DNA of 64,000 nucleotides from an uncultured Gemmatimonadales bacterium (lineage in GTDB: Bacteria; Gemmatimonadota; Gemmatimonadetes; Longimicrobiales; RSA9), in assembly GCA_963798845.1 (NCBI GenBank), contig CAWCUS010000006.1, positions 352,001 through 416,000 on the forward strand, read 5' to 3'. The notes beneath the pieces were generated by a model that was given only the letters and a program-made list of their open reading frames with translations, was not told where the DNA came from and searched no databases. The translations under genes and the position numbers were made by a program. Positions within the stretch are counted from its first letter, which is position 1, and each line of letters begins with the position of its first letter. Of this stretch, positions 48,306 to 57,096 are shown piece by piece.

Positions 48306-49460
48306 ATGAGTGTTCAGACGGCCACGGAACACGTTGTGGAGGTCCTCGGCCGAGTGCCGTTTTTTCAGGGCCTTTCACGCTCAGACCTCGAGCGCATGGC
48401 CGACCTCGTTCAAACCCGCGACATCGCGGCCGCCGAATTCCTGTACCGGGAAGGGGATAGCGGCGACAAGCTGTACGTGGTGGTGCAGGGGGCTGTGGAG
48501 ATCCTCAGGGAGCGCCCTCTCGGCGACCACGAGCGCCTCGTGGTGGTGCGGCCCGGTGAGGCCTTCGGCGAGCTCTCCGTCCTGAGCGACGCGCCGCGTT
48601 CGACCTCCGCGCGCGCACTCCAGGAAACCCGGCTGTTGACCATGGCCCGGACCGAGTTCGTGCGCCTGCTCGGTGGCGAGTCGCTCAGCGTACGTCTCAT
48701 GCGCAGCCTGGCGCGGGCGCTCCGCTCGGCGGAGCGCCGCTTCACCGTCCGCGAAAGCGGCACGGGAACGGGCGCCACCGGACAGTTCGGCCAGGTCGTC
48801 CTCAACGGCCTCGAGCCAGCCGCCCCGCCACACGCCGCCGGCTACCAGATCGCCGGAGGGAGCGCGCGCAGCGAGGACGGCCCGGGCAGCGCGCTCTGGG
48901 ACGGCTTCGTCACGGGCGGTGGCCGCGCCATGGTCGCGCTCCTGGACGTTCAGGGCACCGGCCTTCCGCCGGCCTACCTCCTCGGTGTGACCCGTGCCAT
49001 TCTCCGCGAGCTGGCGCCGGAGCATCCTTTCGACGGCCTCGTCTCCCGCCTGAATGCGGCCACCTTTCGGAACCTCTTCGACGGCATGGACGAGTGCGTG
49101 GATGCGGCCGTCACGGAGGTGGCGAGCGGCCAGGTGCGGTGGAGCTGCGCCGGCAACCCGGCCGGCGTCCTCGTGCGCGCCGACGGCACGGTGGGCGCCG
49201 TGCCCTCCCACGGGCCGCCTCTCGGGATCGTGCCGAATTTCGTCTACGACACCACGCCTCTCCAGCTCGCCGCCGGTGACACGCTGGTCGCGTTCTCCAG
49301 CGCGCCCGCCGGGCTCGTGAAGGGCGCGGTCGAGCTGGTCAGAGAGCGACCGGACGCCAGCGCCGCGGACGTCGTGCGGCTCCTCGGCACGACCCTGCCC
49401 AGGATCGAGCTCAGGGGGGCTGCAGCGGACGTTGCGTTCCTCATCGTCCGGAAGCTATGA
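48306..49460 (+). CDS. Cyclic-nucleotide-binding domain fused to a SpoIIE/PP2C-like domain
   Basis: GEAFGEL..PRSTSA cNMP motif; DVQGTG, CAGNP, GPPLG and GDTLV in the C-terminal part. Confidence 0.8.
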   Translation: MSVQTATEHVVEVLGRVPFFQGLSRSDLERMADLVQTRDIAAAEFLYREGDSGDKLYVVVQGAVEILRERPLGDHERLVVVRPGEAFGELSVLSDAPRSTSARALQETRLLTMARTEFVRLLGGESLSVRLMRSLARALRSAERRFTVRESGTGTGATGQFGQVVLNGLEPAAPPHAAGYQIAGGSARSEDGPGSALWDGFVTGGGRAMVALLDVQGTGLPPAYLLGVTRAILRELAPEHPFDGLVSRLNAATFRNLFDGMDECVDAAVTEVASGQVRWSCAGNPAGVLVRADGTVGAVPSHGPPLGIVPNFVYDTTPLQLAAGDTLVAFSSAPAGLVKGAVELVRERPDASAADVVRLLGTTLPRIELRGAAADVAFLIVRKL

Positions 49461-49480
49461 GCGCACGCCGGGGCGCTGCC

Positions 49481-49524
49481 GGCGAACGGCGCGGCTCCTG
49501 CGGGCGAACGGCGCGGCTCCTGCG
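49481..49524 (+). repeat. 22-bp perfect tandem repeat x2, intergenic
   Basis: ggcgaacggcgcggctcctgcg twice. Confidence 0.85.
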
Positions 49525-49572
49525 GGGTACCCATGATCCCACGCCAACACTCATACGAAAGCCCGTGCCCGG

Positions 49573-49869
49573 ATGACTGACGAGAAGACCGTCATGAAGG
49601 CGCTCCGGAAGGTGAAGGACCCGGAGCTCAACCTGGACCTCGTGGTTCTCGGCCTGATCTACGGGGTGGACGTGCACGGCGAGCACGTGCACGTGAGAAT
49701 GTCGCTCACCACCCCCATGTGCCCCGCCGCAGACCAGATCCTCATGGACGCCAAGCGGGAGATCGAGGCGCTCGAGGGCGTCGACTACGCCGAGGTCGAG
49801 CTGACCTTCGACCCGCCCTGGAGCCCCGAGAAGATGGACCCGCTGATCCGGGCCTCGCTCGGCCTCTGA
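49573..49869 (+). CDS. Metal-sulfur cluster assembly factor (SufT/DUF59)
   Basis: VKDPEL..LGLIY, LTTPMCP and FDPPW motifs. Confidence 0.92.
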   Translation: MTDEKTVMKALRKVKDPELNLDLVVLGLIYGVDVHGEHVHVRMSLTTPMCPAADQILMDAKREIEALEGVDYAEVELTFDPPWSPEKMDPLIRASLGL

Positions 49870-49880
49870 CACCCTCGACG

Positions 49881-50723
49881 GTGCAACTGCGCTTCGATCG
49901 GGCGGGGCCCACGGAGGCGCCCCGGGGGTGCATCGTCTTCCTCCACGGGTTCCCCTTCGACGCGTCCGTCTGGAAGCACCAGCTGGACAGGCTCCCGCCC
50001 GGATGGCGGGCCCTCGCCCCCGACCTCCGCGGCTTCGGCTCGACGCCCATCGGAGACCTCCCCGGGGAGGTGTCCTCCGGCCGCAAGGCCGGTGGCGGCA
50101 TTGCCCGCGCCGACGAGCCCGTCCTCACCATGGACCGCCTGGCCGAGGACGTGGCCGCCCTCGTGCACGAGCAGGCCGCCGGGCCGGCCGTCGTGTGCGG
50201 ACTCTCCATGGGCGGATACGTCGCCTTCTCCCTCTGGCGACGCCACCCCGAGCTCGTCCGCGCACTCGTTCTCGCCGACACCCGCGCGGAAACCGACTCC
50301 GACGAGGCCCGCGAGAACCGGCGCCGCACCGCGCAGCTCACGCGCGACGACGGCGCCGCCGCCGCCGCCGCGTCCATGCTCACCAGCCTCCTCGCCCCCG
50401 GTACTCTGAGCAACGCCGCCGACGCGGTGGGCCACACGGAGGCGATGATCCTCAACACGACCCCCGCCACTCTCATCGCCGCTCTCGCCGGCATGGCCTC
50501 TCGCCACGACTCCACCCGCGATCTCGCCGGCATCACCGTGCCCACCCTCGTCCTGGTCGGTGAGCACGACTCCATCACCCCTCCTGACGTGGCCCGGTCC
50601 ATGGCCGAGGCCATTCCCGGTGCCGAGCTCGCCATCCTTCCCGACGCCGGCCACCTCGCCTGCCTCGAAAACCCACGCGCGTTCAACGCCGCCCTCTCGA
50701 CCTTCCTCGACCGCCTTCCCTGA
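49881..50723 (+). CDS. Alpha/beta fold hydrolase
   Basis: LHGFP, PDLRGFG, GLSMGG, GEHD and AGH motifs. Confidence 0.9.
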   Translation: MQLRFDRAGPTEAPRGCIVFLHGFPFDASVWKHQLDRLPPGWRALAPDLRGFGSTPIGDLPGEVSSGRKAGGGIARADEPVLTMDRLAEDVAALVHEQAAGPAVVCGLSMGGYVAFSLWRRHPELVRALVLADTRAETDSDEARENRRRTAQLTRDDGAAAAAASMLTSLLAPGTLSNAADAVGHTEAMILNTTPATLIAALAGMASRHDSTRDLAGITVPTLVLVGEHDSITPPDVARSMAEAIPGAELAILPDAGHLACLENPRAFNAALSTFLDRLP

Positions 50724-50771
50724 CACAGCTGGCGGCCGAGCGCGGTTCAGCCGTCCTCACGCCTCCTTTTC

Positions 50772-50824
50772 CCCCTTGACATTCTACAGGAATGCGTCCC
50801 ACCTTCTTGTAGGATATCTAGGGG
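50772..50824. promoter_or_regulatory. Promoter/operator upstream of PadR: TTGACA plus a 20-bp imperfect inverted repeat
   Basis: Arms 50772-50791 and 50805-50824 are complementary at 16 of 20 positions; TTGACA at 50776-50781. Confidence 0.6.
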
Positions 50825-50840
50825 AATAACGGGGCTGAAC

Positions 50841-51173
50841 GTGGCGAAATCGAACGTGGATGTGCTGCAGGGGACGCTGGATCTGTTGATCCTGAAGGCG
50901 CTGTCGCTGGAGCCGATGCACGGGTGGGGTGTGGCGCAGCGGATCCAGCAGGTGTCGGAGGACGCGCTGCAGGTGAACCAGGGATCGCTGTACCCGGGGC
51001 TGCATCGGCTGGAGCAGCGTGGCTGGATCGCGTCCGAATGGGGGACGAGCGAGAACAACCGGCGGGCGAAGTACTACCGGCTGACGAAGACGGGGGAGCG
51101 GGAGCTCGGTCGCGAAGTCACGGCGTGGCGGCGCTTCTCGCGTGGCGTCGAGCTGGTGCTGGGGCTGGGATGA
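50841..51173 (+). CDS. PadR family transcriptional regulator
   Basis: LQGTLDLLILK, MHGWG, GSLYPGLHRLE and SENNRRAKYY motifs. Confidence 0.93.
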   Translation: MAKSNVDVLQGTLDLLILKALSLEPMHGWGVAQRIQQVSEDALQVNQGSLYPGLHRLEQRGWIASEWGTSENNRRAKYYRLTKTGERELGREVTAWRRFSRGVELVLGLG

Positions 51174-53899
51174 GGCGGGGACCGGCGGACGGACTGCGGA
51201 GCGTGCCGGACCGGGTGCGAGGCGTGTGGCGGCGGCTGCGGGTGCTGTGGGCGCGCGATGCGGTGGAGCGTGAGCTGGCGGAAGAGCTTCGCTTCCACAT
51301 CGAGATGGAGACGGAAGCGGGCGTCCGGGGCGGTCTGGAGCGTGGTGAAGCGCGGAGGCGGGCGCTGGTGAGGTTCGGGGGGGTGGAGCGGTACAAGGAG
51401 GCGGCGAGGGACGTACGGGGGGCGAAGTGGCTGGAAGACGCGGCGCGGGACGTGTGGCATGCCCTGCGTCGCCTGCGGAGGGAGCCGCTGTTCGCGGCGG
51501 CCGCCATCGCGACGCTGGCGCTGGGGATAGGGGCGAACACGGCGATCTTCAGCGCGGTGGACGCGGTGCTGCTGCGAGCGTCCCCGTTCGCGGAGCCGGA
51601 TCGGCTGGTGATGGTCTGGGAGACGGACCGGGCGAGCGATACGCACCACGAGCCGGCGTCGTGGCCTGATGTGGCCGACTTCCGGGAACGTTCGCGGATG
51701 CTGGCGTCGATCGGCTCGGTGGTGGGGCAGGACCTGACGCTCGGGGGCGAGGGGGAACCGGAGCGGGTCAGCGCGGTGGCGGTGACGCCCAACTTCCTAA
51801 CGCTGCTGGGTGTGCGGCCGGTGACGGGGCGCCTGTTCACGCAGGAGGAAGGCGACACCGGCGCCGGGCAGGTGGTGCTGCTCGGAGAGGAGTTCTGGCG
51901 TGCCCGGTTCGGCGCGGATCCGTCGGTGGTGGGCCGTACTCTGACGCTGGACGAGCGCCCCGTGACCATCGCGGGCGTGGTGCCCGCCGGGACCGAGCTG
52001 GGAATCCGGCAGGTGCACGAGCGGGCGGACTACGCCCCGTCGTTCAGCGGCGAAGGGGTGGACATTTGGCTGGCGTTCCGCCCCACTGCGGACGCGTTCC
52101 CGCGCGAGACGCACCCGTTCCTGACGCTCGGGCGGCTGGCGCCCGGGGTGTCGCTGGCGGCGGCGCAGTCGGAGCTGGCCGGGATCTCGGCCGAGCTGGA
52201 GGCGGCGTATCCGGAGAACCGGGACCGTGGCGTGAACCTGGAGCGATATTCGGACGTGGTGTTCGGGCCGGTGCGGCCGGCGCTTCTGGTGCTGCTCGGT
52301 GCCGTGGCCCTGGTGCTGCTGGTGACGTGCGCGAACGTGGCGAACCTGCTGCTCGCCCGAACCGCGGCGCGGTTCCGTGAGGTGGCGCTCCGGCGCGCGC
52401 TGGGGGCGGCCCGGCGGCGGATCCGCGCGCAGTTCATGGCGGAAGCGGTAGTGCTGACGGTGCTGGGCACGTTGGCCGGCGTGGCATTGGCGTACGCCGG
52501 ACTCCACGCGCTGGTGGCGCTGGCGCCGGCGGACATCCCCCGGCTCGCCGAGGCGCGTGTCGACGGCTCCGTGCTCGCCTACACGGCGGGCGTAGCCGCC
52601 CTGGTGGCGCTGGCGTTCGGCATGCTGCCGGCGTTCCAGAGCCGCCGGCTCGACCTGCACGGGGCGCTCCAGACGCAGCCCGGACCGCGCGTCTCGGAAG
52701 GGCGCCGCGGCCGGGGCTTTCGGTCGGGGCTGGTGGTGGCGGAGGTCGCGCTCGCCGTGTCGCTGGTCATCGGCGCGGGCCTGCTGCTGCGGAGCTTCTG
52801 GCGGCTCCAGCACGTCGATCCTGGATTCGACGCCGCGCGCGTGGTGAAGGCGCAGTACCAGCTTCCGGACTCCCGCTATCCTCGCGACTTCTCACGCTGG
52901 CCGGACATCCCGGAGATCACCGATTTCCACCGCCGCTTTCTGGAAGAAGTCCGATCGATTCCGGGTGTGGCCGCGGCCGGCATCGCCGGCGGCCATCCCC
53001 TGGACCCGGGGTTCACGAACTCGTTCGTGATCGTGGGCCGCGAGGCGGAGTCATCGGATTTCCCGGAGATCCGGACCCGGTTTCTCTCGCCGGGCTACCT
53101 CGCGACGATCGGCGTTCCCCTGCTGGAGGGGAGAGAGATCCGCCCGGGCGACGACGCCCGCGCCACCCCCGTGGTGCTGATCAACCGGGCCGCTGCTCGG
53201 CGCTATTTCGCGGGGAACGATCCGATCGGGCAGCACATCATCTTCTGGGGCACGGATCGGGAGGTCGTGGGCGTGATCGGCGACGAGAAGTTCGAGGGCG
53301 TGGACCGGCCCACCGAGCCAGCCGCCTACGCCCCGCTCGCCCAGAACCCGTTGCAGGTGGCGGCCCTGCTCGTTCGGGCCGAGCCCGGCCGCGACCCGAT
53401 GGCCCTGGTCCCCGAGATCCGGCGTCGCTTCCACCGGCTCGACCCCCGCCTGGCGCTGTTCGCCGTCGAGCCGCTGCAGGCGACGGTGGCCGGGAGCATT
53501 GCCGGGCCACGCTTCACTGCCGCGCTCCTCGCCGTGTTCGCGGGGCTCGCCCTGCTCCTGGCGCTGGTCGGGGTTCACGGGGTGTTGAGCTACACCGTCG
53601 CCCGTCGCACACCGGAGCTGGGAATCCGGATGGCACTGGGCGCCAGCCGCACGCGCGTGATGCGGGCCGTGGTGGGGGAGGGCATGGCGCTCGTGGGCGC
53701 GGGCGTGGCGATAGGCGTGGCAGGCGCCCTGCTGGCGTCGCGGCTCCTGGGGTCGCTCGTTTTCGGCATCACCACGACGGACCCGGCGACCTACGTCGCG
53801 GTGGCTCTGGCCGTGCTGATGGTGGCCGCCGTGGCGAACCTGGCGCCCGCCTGGCGGGCCGCCCGGGCGGACCCGGTGGAAGCCCTGCGGGCAGAGTAG
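51170..53899 (+). CDS. ADOP-type duplicated MacB/FtsX ABC permease
   Basis: [40 protein letters not shown] and ADPVEALRAE motifs; ATGA overlap with PadR. Confidence 0.92.
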   Translation: MRRGPADGLRSVPDRVRGVWRRLRVLWARDAVERELAEELRFHIEMETEAGVRGGLERGEARRRALVRFGGVERYKEAARDVRGAKWLEDAARDVWHALRRLRREPLFAAAAIATLALGIGANTAIFSAVDAVLLRASPFAEPDRLVMVWETDRASDTHHEPASWPDVADFRERSRMLASIGSVVGQDLTLGGEGEPERVSAVAVTPNFLTLLGVRPVTGRLFTQEEGDTGAGQVVLLGEEFWRARFGADPSVVGRTLTLDERPVTIAGVVPAGTELGIRQVHERADYAPSFSGEGVDIWLAFRPTADAFPRETHPFLTLGRLAPGVSLAAAQSELAGISAELEAAYPENRDRGVNLERYSDVVFGPVRPALLVLLGAVALVLLVTCANVANLLLARTAARFREVALRRALGAARRRIRAQFMAEAVVLTVLGTLAGVALAYAGLHALVALAPADIPRLAEARVDGSVLAYTAGVAALVALAFGMLPAFQSRRLDLHGALQTQPGPRVSEGRRGRGFRSGLVVAEVALAVSLVIGAGLLLRSFWRLQHVDPGFDAARVVKAQYQLPDSRYPRDFSRWPDIPEITDFHRRFLEEVRSIPGVAAAGIAGGHPLDPGFTNSFVIVGREAESSDFPEIRTRFLSPGYLATIGVPLLEGREIRPGDDARATPVVLINRAAARRYFAGNDPIGQHIIFWGTDREVVGVIGDEKFEGVDRPTEPAAYAPLAQNPLQVAALLVRAEPGRDPMALVPEIRRRFHRLDPRLALFAVEPLQATVAGSIAGPRFTAALLAVFAGLALLLALVGVHGVLSYTVARRTPELGIRMALGASRTRVMRAVVGEGMALVGAGVAIGVAGALLASRLLGSLVFGITTTDPATYVAVALAVLMVAAVANLAPAWRAARADPVEALRAE

Positions 53900-53920
53900 T
53901 GGCCCGGGAGGGAGAGCGGG

Positions 53921-56449
53921 CTAGTCGCCGTTCTCTCCCTCGTCCTCCGCCGCCGCCACGAGCTCCAGCTGCTCGTCCGCGTCGTCGCGAGCCGACGCTT
54001 CCTGCCTCCGGTCCGACTCCCGCTCGGAGGCGACCCGGCTGATCTCGACCACCCGGTCGCCCGTCCTCACGGGCACCAGCACCTTGCCCTGGCTGGCGCG
54101 ACTCTGGACGGGGACCTCGGCGGCGGCGATGCGGGCGGCCTGCCCGCTCGCGGTGATCACCATCAGCTCGTCACCCTCGAGCATCTCCTTCGCACCCACG
54201 ACGGGGCCGGTGCGCTCGCTCACGCTCAATGCCACGGTGCCCTGGCCGCCCCGGCCCTGCACCCGGAAGTCGCCGATGGGCGTGCGCTTTCCGAAGCCGT
54301 TGGCCGTGACGCACGCCAGCGTTGCATCGCGCCGGACCACGACCATGCCGACGACGTCGTCGTCCTTCTTCATCCGCACTCCGATCACGCCCTGGGCGTT
54401 CCGGCCCACCTGGGGGACTTCAGTCTCGGGGAAGCGGATCGCCCGGCCGCCGGCGGTCACCAGCACCACGTCGTTGATCCCCTCGCTCACCCGTACGTCC
54501 AGCAGCTCGTCCTCCGCCTTCAGGTTGATGGCGTTGATCCCGCCCGCCCGGATGTTGGCGAATTCGGCCAGCGACGTCCGCTTCACGATGCCGCCCCGGG
54601 TGAGGAAGACCAGGTCGACGCCGGGGTCGTACTCGTTTATGGGCAGGAGCGCCGCGACGCGAAGGCCGGCCTCGAACCCGAGCAGCTGGTTGAGCGCACG
54701 GCCCCGCGAGGCGCGCCCGCCCTCGGGGAGGTCCAGCACCGCGACCTCGTACGCCTGGCCATCCGCGGTGATGATCAGCACTGCGTCGTGGGTGCTGGCG
54801 ATGAAGACGTGCTCGAGGAAGTCGTCCTCGTACCTCTCCATTCCCGCCAGCGCCTTTCCGCTGGTCACGCGTCGGCGGTACAGGGAGACGGGCATGCGCT
54901 TGATGTAGCCCTCGTGCGAGACGGTGATGACCACGTCCTCCTGGGCCACCATGTCCTCCATCTTGAACTCGGCGTCCCCTTCCACGATGGTCGTGCGCCG
55001 ACCATCCCCGTACTTCTCCACTATGCCGTCCATTTCGGCCAGGAGCAGCGCGAACTGCTTCTCCTCCGAGTCCAGCAGATCGAACAGAGCCCGGATCTGC
55101 TTCTTCAGCTCTTTCAGCCGGTCGCGGAGCTCCAGCGTCTCCAGCTCGGTCAGCCGGTGCAGGCGCATGTTCAGGATGGCGTCGGCCTGGATGTGCGACA
55201 GATCGAACATCCTCTGCAGCCGCTCGCTCGCCTGCTCCTTCCCCTTCGACTCCCGGATGACCCGGATCACCTCGTCTATCCGGTCCAGCGCGGTGATCAG
55301 CCCCTCGGTGATGTGCGCTTCCGCCTTCGCCTGTTCCAGATCGTACGCGGCGCGGCGCTGGATCACCTCGATGCGGTGGTCCCGGAATTTCTCCAGGAGC
55401 TCCTTCAGGTTCATCTCCCTGGGGACGCCGTGGTCGAGCGCCAGCATGATGGCGCCGAACGTCGCCTGCATGTAGGTCTTCTTGTACAGCCTGTTCACGA
55501 CCGGCTTCACCTTGGCGCCACGCTTCAGCTCGATCACGATGCGCATGCCGTCACGGTCGCTCTCGTCGCGCAGGTCGCTCACGTCGTCCAGCTTCTTCTG
55601 CCGGACCAGGTCCGCCACCTGCTCGATGACCCTCGACTTGCTCACGCCGTACGGAAGCTCGGTGACCACGAGCTGCTCCTTCCCGCCCCGCTTCGCCTCC
55701 CGGACCACCCTCGCCCGCATGGTCATCCGACCGCGCCCCGTGCGGTAGGCAGCCACGATCCCCTCGGTGCCGATGATGAACCCGCCCGTTGGGAAGTCCG
55801 GCCCGGGAACGTGCTCGATCAGGTCGTCGATCGTGCAGTCGGGGTGCTCCACCAGGTGGCGGAGCGCGGCCGCGATCTCCCGCAGGTTGTGCGGCGGGAC
55901 GTTCGTCGCCATCCCCACCGCGATCCCCGACGATCCGTTGACCAGCAGGTTCGGGAGCTTCGATGGCAGCACCACGGGCTCGTCGCGCTGGTCGTCGAAC
56001 GTGCGCACGAACTCGACTGTGTCCTTGTCCAGGTCGGCCAGGATCTCCGTGGCCAGCGCCTGCAGCCGGGCTTCCGTGTAGCGGTAGGCGGCGGCGTTGT
56101 CGCCGTCGATCGAGCCGAAGTTCCCCTGCCCGTCCACGAGAGGGTAGCGCAGGCTGAAGTCCTGCACCATCCGCACGAGCGCGTCGTAGACCGCCGAGTC
56201 TCCGTGCGGGTGGTACTTGCCCAGCACCTCGCCCACCACCGAAGCCGACTTCTTGTAGGGCCGTCCGGGGTTCAGCCCCAGGTCGCTCATGGCGAACAGG
56301 ATCCGCCGGTGCACCGGCTTCAGCCCGTCCCGCACGTCAGGGAGCGCTCGCTGTACGATCACGCTCATGGAATAGTCGAGGAAGGACTCCCTCATCTCCT
56401 CCTCGATGAGACGCGGGAGCACGCGCTCGCGGCGTTGCGGCATCACCAT
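53921..56449 (-). CDS. Type IIA topoisomerase A subunit (GyrA/ParC paralog, GyrA-box degenerate)
   Basis: [20 protein letters not shown], catalytic YRYTEARL and C-terminal pinwheel repeats. Confidence 0.9.
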   Translation of the reverse strand: MVMPQRRERVLPRLIEEEMRESFLDYSMSVIVQRALPDVRDGLKPVHRRILFAMSDLGLNPGRPYKKSASVVGEVLGKYHPHGDSAVYDALVRMVQDFSLRYPLVDGQGNFGSIDGDNAAAYRYTEARLQALATEILADLDKDTVEFVRTFDDQRDEPVVLPSKLPNLLVNGSSGIAVGMATNVPPHNLREIAAALRHLVEHPDCTIDDLIEHVPGPDFPTGGFIIGTEGIVAAYRTGRGRMTMRARVVREAKRGGKEQLVVTELPYGVSKSRVIEQVADLVRQKKLDDVSDLRDESDRDGMRIVIELKRGAKVKPVVNRLYKKTYMQATFGAIMLALDHGVPREMNLKELLEKFRDHRIEVIQRRAAYDLEQAKAEAHITEGLITALDRIDEVIRVIRESKGKEQASERLQRMFDLSHIQADAILNMRLHRLTELETLELRDRLKELKKQIRALFDLLDSEEKQFALLLAEMDGIVEKYGDGRRTTIVEGDAEFKMEDMVAQEDVVITVSHEGYIKRMPVSLYRRRVTSGKALAGMERYEDDFLEHVFIASTHDAVLIITADGQAYEVAVLDLPEGGRASRGRALNQLLGFEAGLRVAALLPINEYDPGVDLVFLTRGGIVKRTSLAEFANIRAGGINAINLKAEDELLDVRVSEGINDVVLVTAGGRAIRFPETEVPQVGRNAQGVIGVRMKKDDDVVGMVVVRRDATLACVTANGFGKRTPIGDFRVQGRGGQGTVALSVSERTGPVVGAKEMLEGDELMVITASGQAARIAAAEVPVQSRASQGKVLVPVRTGDRVVEISRVASERESDRRQEASARDDADEQLELVAAAEDEGENGD

Positions 56450-56602
56450 TTATGGCTCTCCGTCCACTACAGGTCGGGCGTTCGGCGCTCGGTCACCGCA
56501 ATCTGTGGGATGGCGGGCCTTTCGTCGAGACGGGCCAGAGCCCGACCCAACGTTTCGGCGGCTTCCGGCGTCTTACCCCTTAGACCGTTAGTGGAGGACG
56601 CC

Positions 56603-56926
56603 ATGGAGCTGTTGAAGGGGACGCTGGACGCGATGGTGCTCAAGACGCTGTCATGGGGACCGATGCACGGGTACGGCGTCACGCGCTGGATCCGCCGGCG
56701 AACGGAGGGGGCACTGGAGGTGGAAGACGCCGCGCTGTACCAGGCGCTGCACCGCCTGGAGGCGCGAGGGTGGCTGGAAGCCGAGTGGGGGTTGAGCGAG
56801 AACAACCGGAAGGCGAAGTACTACGCGCTGACGGAGGCGGGCCGGGAGCACCTGAGGTCGGAGGAGGTGTCGATCCGGCGATACGTGGAGGCGCTGTTCC
56901 GGGTGCTGGACGTGGAGACGGGCTGA
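56603..56926 (+). CDS. PadR family transcriptional regulator (second copy)
   Basis: LKGTLDAMVLK, MHGYG, ALYQALHRLE and SENNRKAKYY motifs; GGAGG RBS. Confidence 0.92.
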   Translation: MELLKGTLDAMVLKTLSWGPMHGYGVTRWIRRRTEGALEVEDAALYQALHRLEARGWLEAEWGLSENNRKAKYYALTEAGREHLRSEEVSIRRYVEALFRVLDVETG

Positions 56927-57096
56927 TGGGGCAGCGGGATGCGGGGAAGCGGCGCCGGCGCAAGCGGGAGCGAATGGCGCCTCCCGGATCGAGCGCGACG
57001 TCGAAGCTCCGCGTTGTGACGGTGCGGCGGGTCGCGGGCGGAGCGAGCGAAGTCAGGGGGCGTCTGTCCATCCCGAAATGCGAAGGGAGCTGAGCC

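Noticed and set aside
54788..56602. Long + strand ORF antisense to the topoisomerase gene, and similar shadow ORFs (e.g. 15299-17044, 26687-28558, 19851-21107)
   Set aside because: Typical high-GC antisense or alternate-frame ORFs with no recognisable motifs, overlapping well-supported genes.
57091..57093. TGA before the second permease as a selenocysteine codon
   Set aside because: No CxxU context (CEGS-stop), only a weak 4-bp hairpin downstream, and this permease family is not known to contain Sec.
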